This document shows positions 50,806 to 64,000 of a stretch of 64,000 bases of DNA, one piece after another (the stretch's first letter is position 1; each line of letters starts with the position of its first letter). The notes beneath the pieces were generated by a model. The model had not been told where the DNA came from, did no database searches, and was given only the letters and a program-made list of their open reading frames with translations. This DNA comes from Octopus sinensis. Its lineage: Eukaryota. The stretch lies in contig NC_043008.1 in assembly GCF_006345805.1 (NCBI RefSeq), positions 33,046,001-33,110,000 on the forward strand. The letters are read 5' to 3'. A program made the position numbers and the translations under genes.

Positions 50806-51936
50806 AAATTATTGCAAATGAATCTTATATGAACCCCAAGGGCCATATGGACCCCAGTTGAGAAGCACTGATCTATATTATCTTATGTGTCTCATATTTA
50901 AGGTAGTAATTTATGATGTGTGGGAAAATTTCTGCCACTTCCAGCAGGTCAAATGACTACAGAGTGGTTACTTTGGTGGTGGTCACAGCAGAGCAGACAT
51001 GGTGAACTCAGAGCAAAAACAGTTGTGGTTTCACTGCATTTATCAGTGGTGTTATGCATAGAAACAACATAGAGCTTCACTACTGCAGCCCAATTTGGTT
51101 TGAGGGAGGCAGTCCAAGGATGGATACACACACACACACTCACACACATCATCATCATCATCGTTTAACGTCCGTTTTCCGTGCTAGCACGGGTTGGACG
51201 GTTCAACCAGGGTCTGGGAAGCCAGGGGCTGCACCAAGCTCCAGTCTGATCTGGCAGTGTTTCTACAGCTGGATGCCCTTCCTAACGCCAACCACTCCTC
51301 GAGCGTAGTGGGTGCTTTTTACGTGCCACCTGCACAGGTGCCAGGGGAGTCTGGCATCGGCCACAATCGGTTGGTGCTTTTAACGTGCCACCAGTACGGA
51401 AGCCAGCCAAGGCGGCGCTGGCATCGGCCACGTTCAGATGGTGCTTTTTATGTGCTACCGGCACCATTACAATGTATTTTACCCACTGTTAACGTGGACA
51501 TATTATAGTTTGTTTAGGAGCTTGCTAGAAACATACATGGAATCAAATTGCTCCAAACTGGATGTGAAGCCAGCTGGATTTATTCTTAACTATTCTATCC
51601 CATTTGGGTGTAGCTTTGTCTTTTTTTTTTTTTTGTCTTTCTTTTTTGCTTTTTCCTTTCTCTCCTCCATCTTCCTTCTTCTGTATGTTTCAACTTTCTA
51701 TCACTCTACCCTTTCTGTGTACGTCGTTATTTCTTATTTTTCTTTTTCTTCCTCGCTTTCCCTTTTACCCCACTTCCGTGTTATGTCATCTTCAAAGGGA
51801 AAGTTTTGTAGATAAAAAAATGATGGTGAGCTTTTTGTTAATGTTGTTTATCCTCAGGTCAGCTGTGATCCTGTAGATAAAAAGTGTAAACAAAAGAAAA
51901 GGTTAAAAGAAAACATTACTTCAGAATACTACTGAC

Positions 51937-52052
51937 CTGCATAGTATTATACCATTTTGAGGCATTGTCTTGGAAGGAAATGACAGTTTGTTCATAGTGT
52001 ATGGCATCCAACAGACTTTCTGAGATCTTATCATCAAGGGAACTTTCCTTCA
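51937..52052 (-). CDS. CTC1: CTC1 coding exon (116 nt, phase 1 to 0)
   Basis: Acceptor ttcatctcaccag|TG, donor CAG|GTCAGT. Encodes (V)KESSLDDKISESLLDAIHYEQTVISFQDNASKWYNTMQ, compared with CTC1 'KVHLIFFGSSVRWFEFL'. Phases fit both neighbours. Confidence 0.82.
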
Positions 52053-52247
52053 CTGGTGAGATGAAAACAAAGAATGAAATAACACACTGAATAAATTGAC
52101 CAGTTAAGGTCAAGTAAGATTGAGGTTGCATGTTCAATGGGAAATGACCAACACAATAAATTGTTAGATTAAATGTTGCTATTTAGCCTCAGGCCAATCT
52201 TGATTGAGCAGAATTATATTCATTGGCATTCCAGACATGAACATCTA

Positions 52248-52420
52248 GGCGCAGGAGTGGCTGTGTGGTAAGTAGCTTGCTTACCAACCACATGGTTCTG
52301 GGTTCATTCCCACTGTGTGGTACCTTGGGCACGTGTCCTCTACTATAGCTTCGGGCCGACCAAAGTCTTGTGAGTGGATTGGGTAGACGGAAACTGAAAG
52401 AAGCTCATCATAAATATGTG

Positions 52421-52466
<46 letters not shown>

Positions 52467-52674
52467 TGTGTATATTTGTGTGTCTGTGTTTGTCCCCCAA
52501 CATCGCTTGACAACCGATACTGGTGTGTTTATATCCCCATAACTTAGCAGTTTGGCAAAAGAGGCTGATAGAATAAGTACTAGGCTTCCAAAGAATAAGT
52601 TCTGGGGTCGATTTCCTCGACTAAAGGCAGTGCTCCAGCATGGCCGCAGTCAAATGACTGAAACAAGTAAAAGA
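52248..52674 (+). mobile_element. SINE family A, near full length
   Basis: Same architecture as 30951-31387. Confidence 0.85.
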
Positions 52675-53039
52675 GAGAGAGAAAGTAAAGAGTATCTTGA
52701 CTTTTTTTTTCATCAGACATGGCATATCTATGACAATATTATCAAATAAGTCAAGGTTGTGAGCTGCCAGAACCTTTAATGAGTTGGACAAAATGCTTAG
52801 AACCATTTCTTCCAGCTCTGTGTTTTGAGTTTAAATTCCACCAAGGTTAACTTCACCTTTCATCATTTTGGCATCAATAAGATAGCTACTAATTGGATAC
52901 CAGGGATCAGTGATTAATTTACCCCCTCCCTTGACATTTCTGGTCCCCTACCTATGACCCTTTCCCAGTACTGTGTAGTTAATTGTAAGATATTGACAGA
53001 GAGAGAACGAGAGAAAGACAAAGAAAGAATCACTATGAG

Positions 53040-53375
53040 TGGATGAATTCATTTGTCAATTGTTGTCAACATTTGATGGTATTTTGTATGCCTATTGGTC
53101 ACCAATCATTATCATTCTCACCATTTTATGCTTTTCATTTGAATAACATACCACTACTTTATCCAGCTATCATCCCTCAGTCACATCACATGTCCTTACT
53201 AGTGTGGACTTCCCACTTGCATAATATAGCTTATCCCTCTTATACCCAGTTTTTCTCTCAACCCATCTTGTCTTTGTTGTTCACGTACACTAAGCACAAT
53301 GCATCAGCAGAGCAAGTTTGTCTCATTTCTTTCTAGCCTTTTCACATCTTCTGCATTCAAAGCCATGTTTTGCTA
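53040..53375 (-). mobile_element. Old RTE 3' coding remnant
   Basis: Degenerate similarity to the 22.7-23.1 kb fragment (TTCTGCATTCAAAGCCATG, CACATCACATGTCC). Confidence 0.5.
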
Positions 53376-54769
53376 AGTTGAAAGAAATTGTTTTTCTATG
53401 TAACAATGAGTGTGTGGATGCATTTCTTTATGTATTTCGTCAGTATCTGGATATATTTGGACTGCTAGTGATTATAACTACCAATATTTGAAAGAAATTA
53501 GTTTGGTTTGTAATTGTGTGAATATATTTCTCCACATATCTGAAAGTATTTTAGACTAACTGCTGTAGTCTCTGATGGTTGAAATATATTCTATTGCTAT
53601 ATTCTTAAATACGTATGGCTGCATGTATTTACATAAGCACAGGCATGACTGTGTGGTTAAGAAGCTTGCCTTGCAACCACCTGGTTTTGGGTTCAATCCC
53701 ACTGCATGGCACCTTGGGCAAGTGTCTTTTGACTATAGAAAAGAGAGGATAAGTTAACACATTGACCCCAGTGTTCAACAAGTACTTTTTCATTTTATCA
53801 ACCCCAAATGATGAAAGACCTAAGCAGGTTTGTTTAAGGAGCTAGCAACCTCTTTTGATCTAGCATACCCTAAAAACTATCCCCATACCCTACAAAAATT
53901 AAACAGTAATGATGGGTGAGAACTGCACAAGGAATATATTCGTACATACATACACAGTTACAAAGAAACATATTTCCCTCAAGATATGTGTGATAATGAT
54001 AATTAATATTACAAAATACAAAGGTGACGAGCTGGCAGAATCATTAGCAAACCAGGCAAAATGCTTAGTGATATTTCGTCCATCCTTACATTCTGAGTTC
54101 AAATTCTACCAAGGTCAACATTGCCTTTCTTCTTTTCAGGTTGATAAAATAAGAGCCAGTTGAGCATTGGGGTCAATGTAATTGACTTGCTCCCTCCCCA
54201 AAACTGCTGGCCTTGTACCAAAATTTGAAGCCAATATTACTAAATACAAAATGGTGGTGAGCTGGCAAAATCATTAGCACACCAGGCAAAATGATTAGTG
54301 ACAAATCATGTCTTTATGTTCTACATTCAAATTCCACCAAGTTTGCCTTTAATCCTTTGAGGGTTGGTAAAAAAAGTACCAGTTGAGCACTGGAGTCAAT
54401 ATAATCGACCCACCCCTTCTCCTTCTCCTGAAATTACTGCCCTTGTGCCAAAATTTGAAACCAATATTACAAAATACAGGGTGTTCCAAAAATTTTGATA
54501 TCATTTTGCAATCTAATAACTTTACCAGTTCTTGTTCAAATGACTTCAAATTTTAACAGTGTCAAAATTATATTTTTAATACATGATATGTTCATCTTTT
54601 CGGGTATAGAAATGGACATTCACTGGAAGAGGCAAAGCGTTTTGTGTGTTGGAGTATGCTTGAATGCAGTCGAACAAGACTGTGCAGCGTGCATTTGTGA
54701 GAGAGTTCTCTAAAACGTCACCAATGGTAATGCAGATTTGGACATGGGACAAAAAATTCAAAGAGGAAT

Positions 54770-56346
<1,577 letters not shown>

Positions 56347-56350
<4 letters not shown>

Positions 56351-59300
56351 TCATCATCATCATCATTAGCGTCCGTTTTCATGCTAGCATGGGTTGGACG
56401 GTTCAACTGGGGTCTGGGGAGCCCCGAAGGCTGCACCAGGCCAGTCAGATCTGGCAGTGTTTCTACAGCTGGATGCCCTTCCTAACGCCAACCACTCCGA
56501 GAGTGTAGTGGGTGATTTTATGTGCCACCGACACAGGTGCCAGACGAGGCTGGCGACGGCCACGCTCGGATGGTGTTTTTATGTGCCACCGACACAGGTG
56601 CCAGACGAGGCTGGCAGACGGCCACGCTCGGATGGTGTTTTTATGTGCCACCGACACAGGTGCCAGATGAGGCTGGCGGATCGGCCACGATCGGATGGTG
56701 TTTGTTACGTCCCCAAAGCACGGAGGCCAGTCTATGCGGTACTGGCTACGGCCACGTTCGGATGATTTTCTTGTGTGCCACCGGCACTGGTACCAGAAAG
56801 ATACAAATTCCATTGATGTTCATCTATTTTGATTTGTTTTGATTTGATTTTCACTTGCCTCAACAGGTCTTCACAAGTGTCACAAGAAGGAAGGTATGCA
56901 CAGGTGGACTGACTACGTCCCAGGTAGGGGCCACGGGTTATGGCCTGACTAGTCTTGCCGGGTCTTCGGTTGGGTGTTTTTATGTACCCACCGACACAGG
57001 TGCCAGATGAGGCGGCGAACGGCCACGATCGGATGGTTGTTTGTTATGTGCCCACGTCCAGAGGCCAGTCGATGCGGTACTGGCTACGGCCACGTTCGGA
57101 TGGTTTTCTTGTGTGCCAACGGTACTGGTACCACAAAGATACAAATTCCATTGATGTTCATCTATTTTGATTTGGTTTGATTTTGATTTTGATTTGATTT
57201 TCACTTGCCTCAACAGGTCTACACAAGTGTCACACACTTGCCTCAACAGGTCTTCCAAGTGTCATAAGTAGGGTGTCACACACTTGCCTCAACAGGTCTT
57301 CACAAGTGTCATAAGTAGGAAGGTATGCATAGGTGGACTGACTACGTCGCCGGGTCTTCGGATGGTGTTTTTATGTGCCACCGACACAGGTGCCAGATGA
57401 GGCTGGCGAACGGCCACGATCAGATGGTGTTTGTTGTGCCCACAGCACGGAGGCCAGTCGATGCGGTACTGGCTACGGCCACGTCGGATGGTTTTCTTGT
57501 GTGCCACCGGTACTGGACCCACAAAGATACACAATTCCATTGATGTTCATCTATTTTGATTTGGATTGATTTGATTTTCACTTGCCTCAACAGGTCTTTT
57601 CACAAGTGTCACACACTTGCCTCAACAGGTCTCCACAAGTGTCACACACTTGCCTCTGCCTCAACAGGTCTTCACAAGTGTCACACACTTGCCTCAAAAG
57701 GTCTTCACAAGTGTCATAAGAGGGAAGGTATGCACAGGTGGACGACTACGTCGCCGGGTCTTCGGATGGTGTCTTTATGTGCCACCGACACAGGTGCCAG
57801 ATGAGGCTGGCGAACGGCCACGATCGGATGGTGTGTGTTGTGCCCACAGCACGGAGGCCAGTCGATGCGGTAATGGCTACGGCCACGTTCGGATGGTTTT
57901 CTTTCTTGTGGTGCCACCGGTACTGGAACCACAAAGATACAAATCCATTGATGTTCATCTATTTTGATTGGTTTGATTTTGATTTTCACTTGCCTCAACA
58001 GGTCTTCACAAGTGTCACACACTTGCCTCAACAGGTCTCCACAAGTGTCACACACTTGCCTCTGCCTCAACAGGTCTTCACAAGTGTCACACACTTGCCT
58101 AACCAGGTCTTCACAAGTGTCATAAGAGGGAAGGTATGCACAGGTGGACTGACTACGTCGCCGGGTCTTCGGATGGTGTCTTTATGTGCCACCGACACAG
58201 GTGCCAGATGAGGCTGGTGAATGGCCACGATCGGATGGTGTTTGTTGTGCCCACAGCACGGAGGCCAGTCGATGCGGTACTGGCTACGTCCACGTTTGGG
58301 TGGTTTTCTTGTGTGCCACCGGCACTGGTACCACAAAGAATACAATTCCACTGATGTTCATCTATTTTGATTTGTTTGATTTTGATTTTCACTTGCCTCA
58401 ACAGGTCTTCATAAGTGTCACAAGAAGGAAGGTATGCACAGGAGGACTGACTATGTCCAGGTAGGGCCAAGGGTTTGGCCTGACTAGTCTTGCCGGTCTT
58501 CTCACGCAAAGCATACTTCCATAGCTCGGTCTCTAGACATTTCCTTAGTGAGACCTAAAGTTCGAAGGTCGTGCTTCACCACCCCATCCCAGGTTTTCCT
58601 GTATCCTCTTCCACAGGTTCCCTCAACTGCAGGGTGTGTAGCACTTTTGCACACAACTATCTTCAGCCATTCTCATCACATGACCATACCAGCGCAAACG
58701 TCTCTCTTGCACACCACAACTGACGCTTCTTAGGTTCAACTTTTCTCTCAGGAACTTACACTCTGACGATTATGAACACTGACTTACACATCCATCGGAG
58801 CATACTGGCTTCATTTCTTGCGAGCTTACGCATATCCTCAGCAGTCACGCCCATGTTTCACTACCTGTAGCAAGGCTGTACGTTACACATGCATCATACA
58901 GTCTGCCTTTTACTCTGAGCGAGAGGCCTTTGTCACCAGCAGGGGGTAAGAGCTCTCTAAACTTTGCCCAGGCTATTCTTACTCTAGCAGTTACACTTTC
59001 AGCACACCCACCCCCGCTACTGACTTGGTCTCCTAGGTAGCGGAAGCTATCAACTACTTCTAGTTTTGTCTCCCTGGAACGTGGCAGAAGTGGGTCTCTG
59101 CACATTTCCAGTGTTTATTGCTCCTGAGCATTTGCCACAGACAAAAACTATTTTCCTAAGACCTTCCTTTGACATTGCTGCACCTCTTATGTGTCCATAG
59201 CTTACACTTGGTGCATCTATAGAGTTTCTACCTACACCTTTTTACAGATCGAGCAGGGCCATCTACCTGAAGGCGTATGTGATTGATCTACCTTCCTACT

Positions 59301-59830
59301 TATCAGGACTTTGGTTTTGGCTAGGTTGATTCTAAGGCCCTTCGATTCTAATCCTTGTTTCCACACCTGAAACTTCTCCTCCAGTTCTGATAGTGACTCA
59401 GCAATTTAGAGCAAGGTCATCAGCATAGAGGAGCTCCCAGGGGCAACCTGTCTTGAATTCCTCCGTTATTGCCTGGAGGACTATGATAAATAGGAGGGGA
59501 CTGAGGACTGAACCTTGGTGGACCCCAACCTCTACCCGGAATTTCTTCACTGTACTCGTTGCCAACCCTCACCTTACTAGCAGCGTCTCTGTACATGGCT
59601 TGCACAGCTCTCACACACCATTCTTCTATCCCTAGTTTCCCTCATTGACCACCAGATAAGGGATCGGGGGACCTGTCAAAGGCTTTCTCCAAGTCAACAA
59701 AAGCCAGGTACAAGGGCTTATCTTTGGCTAGGTATTTCTCTGCAGCTGTCTTACCAGGAATATAGCATCAGTAGTACTTTTCCCTGGCACGAACCCAAAC
59801 GCATATCATCTAAGCTAACTCTCTCTCTAA
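56347..59830 (-). mobile_element. Inverted copy of the 46.35-50.15 kb part of the same RTE LINE (RT C-half, array of about 5 units, tail)
   Basis: Reverse complement of 46350-50154, including unit-specific variants. Embedded between two long (TA)n tracts. Confidence 0.92.
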
Positions 59831-59843
59831 CTCTCTAACTCTC

Positions 59844-59844
<1 letters not shown>

Positions 59845-59913
<69 letters not shown>

Positions 59914-59933
59914 ATATATATATATGTATATAG

Positions 59934-59975
<42 letters not shown>

Positions 59976-60013
59976 ATATATATATTATATATATAGATAT
60001 ATATATATGTAAG

Positions 60014-60045
<32 letters not shown>

Positions 60046-60055
60046 TATATAATCG

Positions 60056-60088
<33 letters not shown>

Positions 60089-60207
60089 GGTATATATATA
60101 TATGTATTATATATATATATGTTATATATATATATATTTTATATATAATATATGTATATATATATATATGTTATATATAAGAAATATATATATATATGGT
60201 ATATATA

Positions 60208-60241
<34 letters not shown>

Positions 60242-60504
60242 TATATATTATATATATGTAGATAATATATATATATGTATATATTATATATATGTATATA
60301 TATATGATATATATATATATATATATAATATATATGATATATATATATATATTATATATATATATATATTATATATATATATATATATTATATATGTATA
60401 TATTATAATATATATTATATATATATATATTATATGTATATTATTATAGATATATATATATTATATATATATATGTATATATATTATATATATATATATA
60501 TATA

Positions 60505-60535
<31 letters not shown>

Positions 60536-60610
60536 GATATGTATATATATATATAATATATAGTATATATATATATATATATATATAGTATATATATAAT
60601 ATTGTATATA

Positions 60611-60648
<38 letters not shown>

Positions 60649-60696
60649 ATATATATGTATTATATATATATAATAATATATATATAGATATATATA

Positions 60697-60737
<41 letters not shown>

Positions 60738-60773
60738 TATATAATATATTATATATATATATATATATATATT

Positions 60774-60869
<96 letters not shown>

Positions 60870-60975
60870 GTGTGTATATATATATATATACACACACACA
60901 CATATATATATATATAATATCTAATAATACATAATTTATATATATACATGTATATATGTATATATATATATGCTT
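59845..60975. repeat. Imperfect (TA)n tract of about 1.1 kb with (GT)n/(AC)n inserts
   Basis: Direct reading. Confidence 0.95.
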
Positions 60976-60982
60976 TTATGCT

Positions 60983-61331
60983 TTTACTTGTTTCAGTCAT
61001 TTGACTGCAGCCATACTGTAGCACCGCCTTTATCAAGCAAATCGACCCCAGAACTTATTCTAGCGGTCTCTTTTGCCGAACCGCTAAGTTACGGGAACAT
61101 AAACACACTAGCATCGGTTGTCAAGCGATGTTGGTGGGGACAAACACAGACACACACGTATATATATATATATATATATACATATATACGACGGGCTTCT
61201 TTCAGTTTCCTTCTACCAAATCTACTCACAAGGCTTTGGTCGGCCCAAGGCTATAGTAAAAGACACTTGCCCAAGGTTGCATGCAGTGGGACTGAACCCA
61301 AGCTACTTACCACAAAGCCCACTCCTGCGCC
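60983..61331 (-). mobile_element. SINE family A copy
   Basis: Reverse complement of the family A consensus; abuts (TA)n. Confidence 0.82.
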
Positions 61332-61357
61332 TCATATATATATACATATATATTACA

Positions 61358-61404
<47 letters not shown>

Positions 61405-62299
61405 GGTAAATATAATATATATATGTGTGTGTGTGTTATATATATATGTATATTTATTTATTATATATATATATATCAGTTTCCCAGCACAGTCCCTGTC
61501 CAATAACTGAAACCATTTAAAAAGTGGAAGGATATTTAGAATTTTAGTAAGCTGGTGTTTGGAGAATAACTTAGCTAGTGATTCTTACACTTTGTATTTT
61601 CTAGCATACAAATTGAATTTTTCATACAAAATTTTACAGCCAGAAAAAGGTAGACTGATTTATATATCAAGACAATTTTGGTGGACCAAAAATTCCACAT
61701 GAAATGCTACAGGATTTGGAAAGATAGCAAAGATGTTTGAATGTTTACACTACATGTTTACTCCATATGCTACATCAATTTGTATCCTGGAAAATATGGT
61801 AAAATTCTGATGGAATATTTTAATTTAATTATGAATACTTTAAAATATGAAGTTTTGTATTACAAAGCAAATGGATTTCTCTGGTGGTTGGTATAAAAAA
61901 AGTGTAAATAATTAACCATGCTCTAAAACATCTAGTCACCCTTAGGTCAGTATTAGTTATTCAAAACTAATCACACCTGGTCTTCATCTATTTGTTACCT
62001 CTAGTATCAAGATAACCCCACCCTTCTCTCTGATTGCATATGTTGCCTTCTTTTACTTAGTTCATGATTTTAATTTGTGCTAGCTTGACTGTTTTAGCAG
62101 TTATCAGCAATATATTAACATTTTAATTAACACGATGGAACAGGTGCAGGAATGTTGCGTCGTAAAACGTTTGCTTCTCAACAACTTGGTTTCAGATTCA
62201 GTCCCACTGTGTGGTGCCCTGGGCAAGTGTCTTCTACTATAGTGGTGACCTAAGCCATGTGAGTGAATTTGCTAGGTAGAAACTGATAGAAATCCATCC

Positions 62300-62358
<59 letters not shown>

Positions 62359-62409
62359 ATATATAGATATATATATATATACATATATATACACACACAC
62401 ACATAACTC

Positions 62410-62611
62410 GTAAACACCAGTCGTCTTTTTTCTCTTTCCCTGTTGCCCGCTCTGGGATCTTTCTTTCTCTCTCTTCCTTCTTTATGTTTCCGACGAAGAG
62501 TCCGCTCGAAACGTCATACCTCCCTGCTTCCATCTCCTGAGCGCCTATTAATAATAATACTGTAATTGTCCTGTTGTTGTTGTTTTTTTTGTTTCCCTTT
62601 TGGATTAAAAT

Positions 62612-62615
<4 letters not shown>
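62410..62615 (+). mobile_element. Penelope-like 3' terminal fragment with hammerhead-like motif
   Basis: CCGACGA-A-GAG-TCC-GCTC-GAAACGTC at 62490-62515, homologous to 19640-19850. Confidence 0.55.
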
Positions 62616-62649
<34 letters not shown>

Positions 62650-62920
62650 ATGTATATATATATATATATGTAAAGGGCTAAACAATAAGATGCACTGACA
62701 CACTTTATAACTGAATTTACTCTATCTCATGTAGTAGCTATACTAGCCAACAAGGGATACTCACAGATAGGATGTCTTTTTTCACAGTTCTGCTTGACTA
62801 AATCTATCTTGGGGCTAAAGGACAATAAGAACAACAACTGACTATCTACAGGTCTTACTCTGGCTCAATCAGGACTGGTCCTGGGTTAAACAACAATAAT
62901 AACAGCTCCATCCGAGCAGG

Positions 62921-63768
62921 ATCACTGCCAGAGCAGCTGTATGGCTTCCGTGCCAGTGGCATGTAAAAAGCACCATTTGAGCATGATTGTTACCAGCGTA
63001 GCCTTATTGCATGTGAACAAAACATTCAAGCGAGGTCGTTGCCAGTGCCACTGGACTGACTCCCGTGCTGGTGGCACATAAAAAACACCATTTGAGTGTG
63101 GCCGTTGCCAGTACCACCAGACTGGCCCTCGTGCCGGTAGCACATAAAAGCACCCACTACACTCTCGAAGTGGTTGGCGTTAGGAATGGCATCCAGCTGT
63201 AGAAACTCTGTCATTTTGGCACAGCCATCTGGTTCGCCAGTCCTCAGTCAAATCGTCCAACCCATGCTAGCATAGAAAGCAGATGTTAAGTGATGATGAT
63301 GATGATGAATAGTGAATTCGAAATTAAACCAGATTCGATGACTGGCACCTGTGCCAGTGGAGCACTAACAGCTCCATCTGAGTGGTATCACTGCAGGAGC
63401 AGCCGTATGGCTTCCGTGCTGGTGGCACGTAAAAAGCATCATTTGAGCGTGATCGTTACCAGCGTCGCCTTAGTGACATGTGAACAAAACATTTGAGCAA
63501 GGTCGTTGCCAGTGCTGCTGGACTGACGCCTGTGCAGGTGGCACATAAAAAACACTATTTTGAGCGTGGCCGTTGCCAGTACCGCCAGACTGGCCTTGTA
63601 CCGGTGGCACATAAAAGCACCCACTACACTCTCAAAGTGGTTGGCGTTAGGAATGGCATCCAGCTGTAGAAACTCTGCCATTTTGGCGCAGCCATCTGGT
63701 TCGCCAGTCCTCAGTCAAATCGTCCAACCCATGCTAGCATAGAAAGCCGATGTTAGATGATGATGATG
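62921..63768 (+). repeat. Tandem pair of RTE-tail short elements (period about 465 bp)
   Basis: Two near-identical units of about 385 bp ending in (GAT)n. They share the tail with the 44.8-50.2 kb LINE; more tail copies at 7538-7715, 24860-25170 and 51148-51445(-). Confidence 0.8.
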
Positions 63769-63810
63769 AATAACAAGGTGATGAGGGAAAACTCAAAAAT
63801 AATACATTAC

Positions 63811-64000
63811 CTTGAGTAGATTTGCTGTCTTTAGTATGCAGGAATTTAGTAGCCGCTTCAAAGATACAACGAACCGGCAGAGTAAATGGCTTTCCCAAGA
63901 AATATCCATGGGTCATAAATTGCAATGAGGATACCTTTCTCTTATGAAACAGGTTTTCCATCAAAGATTCTTTGTAAGTCATTAAATAAACTTGACAGGT
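63811..64000 (-). CDS. CTC1: CTC1 coding exon (runs off window edge; most 5' exon seen)
   Basis: Open frame TCQVYLMTYKESLMENLF...LQFMTHGYFLGKPF...KSTQ ends at phase-1 donor G|GTAATG (63810). Resembles vertebrate CTC1 'LLCHKEALMKRNF...LSFYVLGSWLG' as recalled. Confidence 0.82.

Larger units (their letters stand above)
40484..50870. mobile_element. hAT-like MITE split by about 10 kb of nested insertions
   Basis: Left end CAGTGGTTTCTCAACC at 40484, right end GGACCCCAGTTGAGAAGCACTG at 50870. Both halves are homologous to the intact 13801-14012 copy. TSD not confirmed. Confidence 0.55.

Overview
AT-rich eukaryotic, repeat-dense genomic DNA. The repeat families suggest an octopod cephalopod (Octopus sp.); this is recognition-based inference, not proven. 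The window holds the 3' half of one large minus-strand gene, CTC1 (CST telomere-maintenance complex subunit). I traced 10 coding exons with GT-AG boundaries that splice in phase into one open frame: 1695 nt, 564 aa plus stop, spread over about 55 kb and continuing past the right edge. The rest is tRNA-headed SINEs, RTE-clade LINE pieces, Penelope-like (GIY-YIG) remnants, DNA-transposon MITEs (pogo/Tc1, piggyBac-like, hAT-like) and very long microsatellites. Most ORF-track entries are microsatellite or repeat artefacts. Main observations: (1) two long palindromic elements whose arms carry type I hammerhead-ribozyme motifs, one with an intact catalytic core on the CTC1 sense strand, plus a third hammerhead-like family; (2) a young RTE LINE with a complete C4HC3 PHD finger inside its RT domain and a tandemly iterated 3' UTR; (3) an inverted copy of about 3.5 kb of that same LINE insertion bracketing a single CTC1 exon, which is either a dsRNA/back-splicing geometry or an assembly artefact; (4) a nested insertion of about 10 kb inside a small hAT-like MITE. 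No database searches were run; all family assignments rest on motif recognition.
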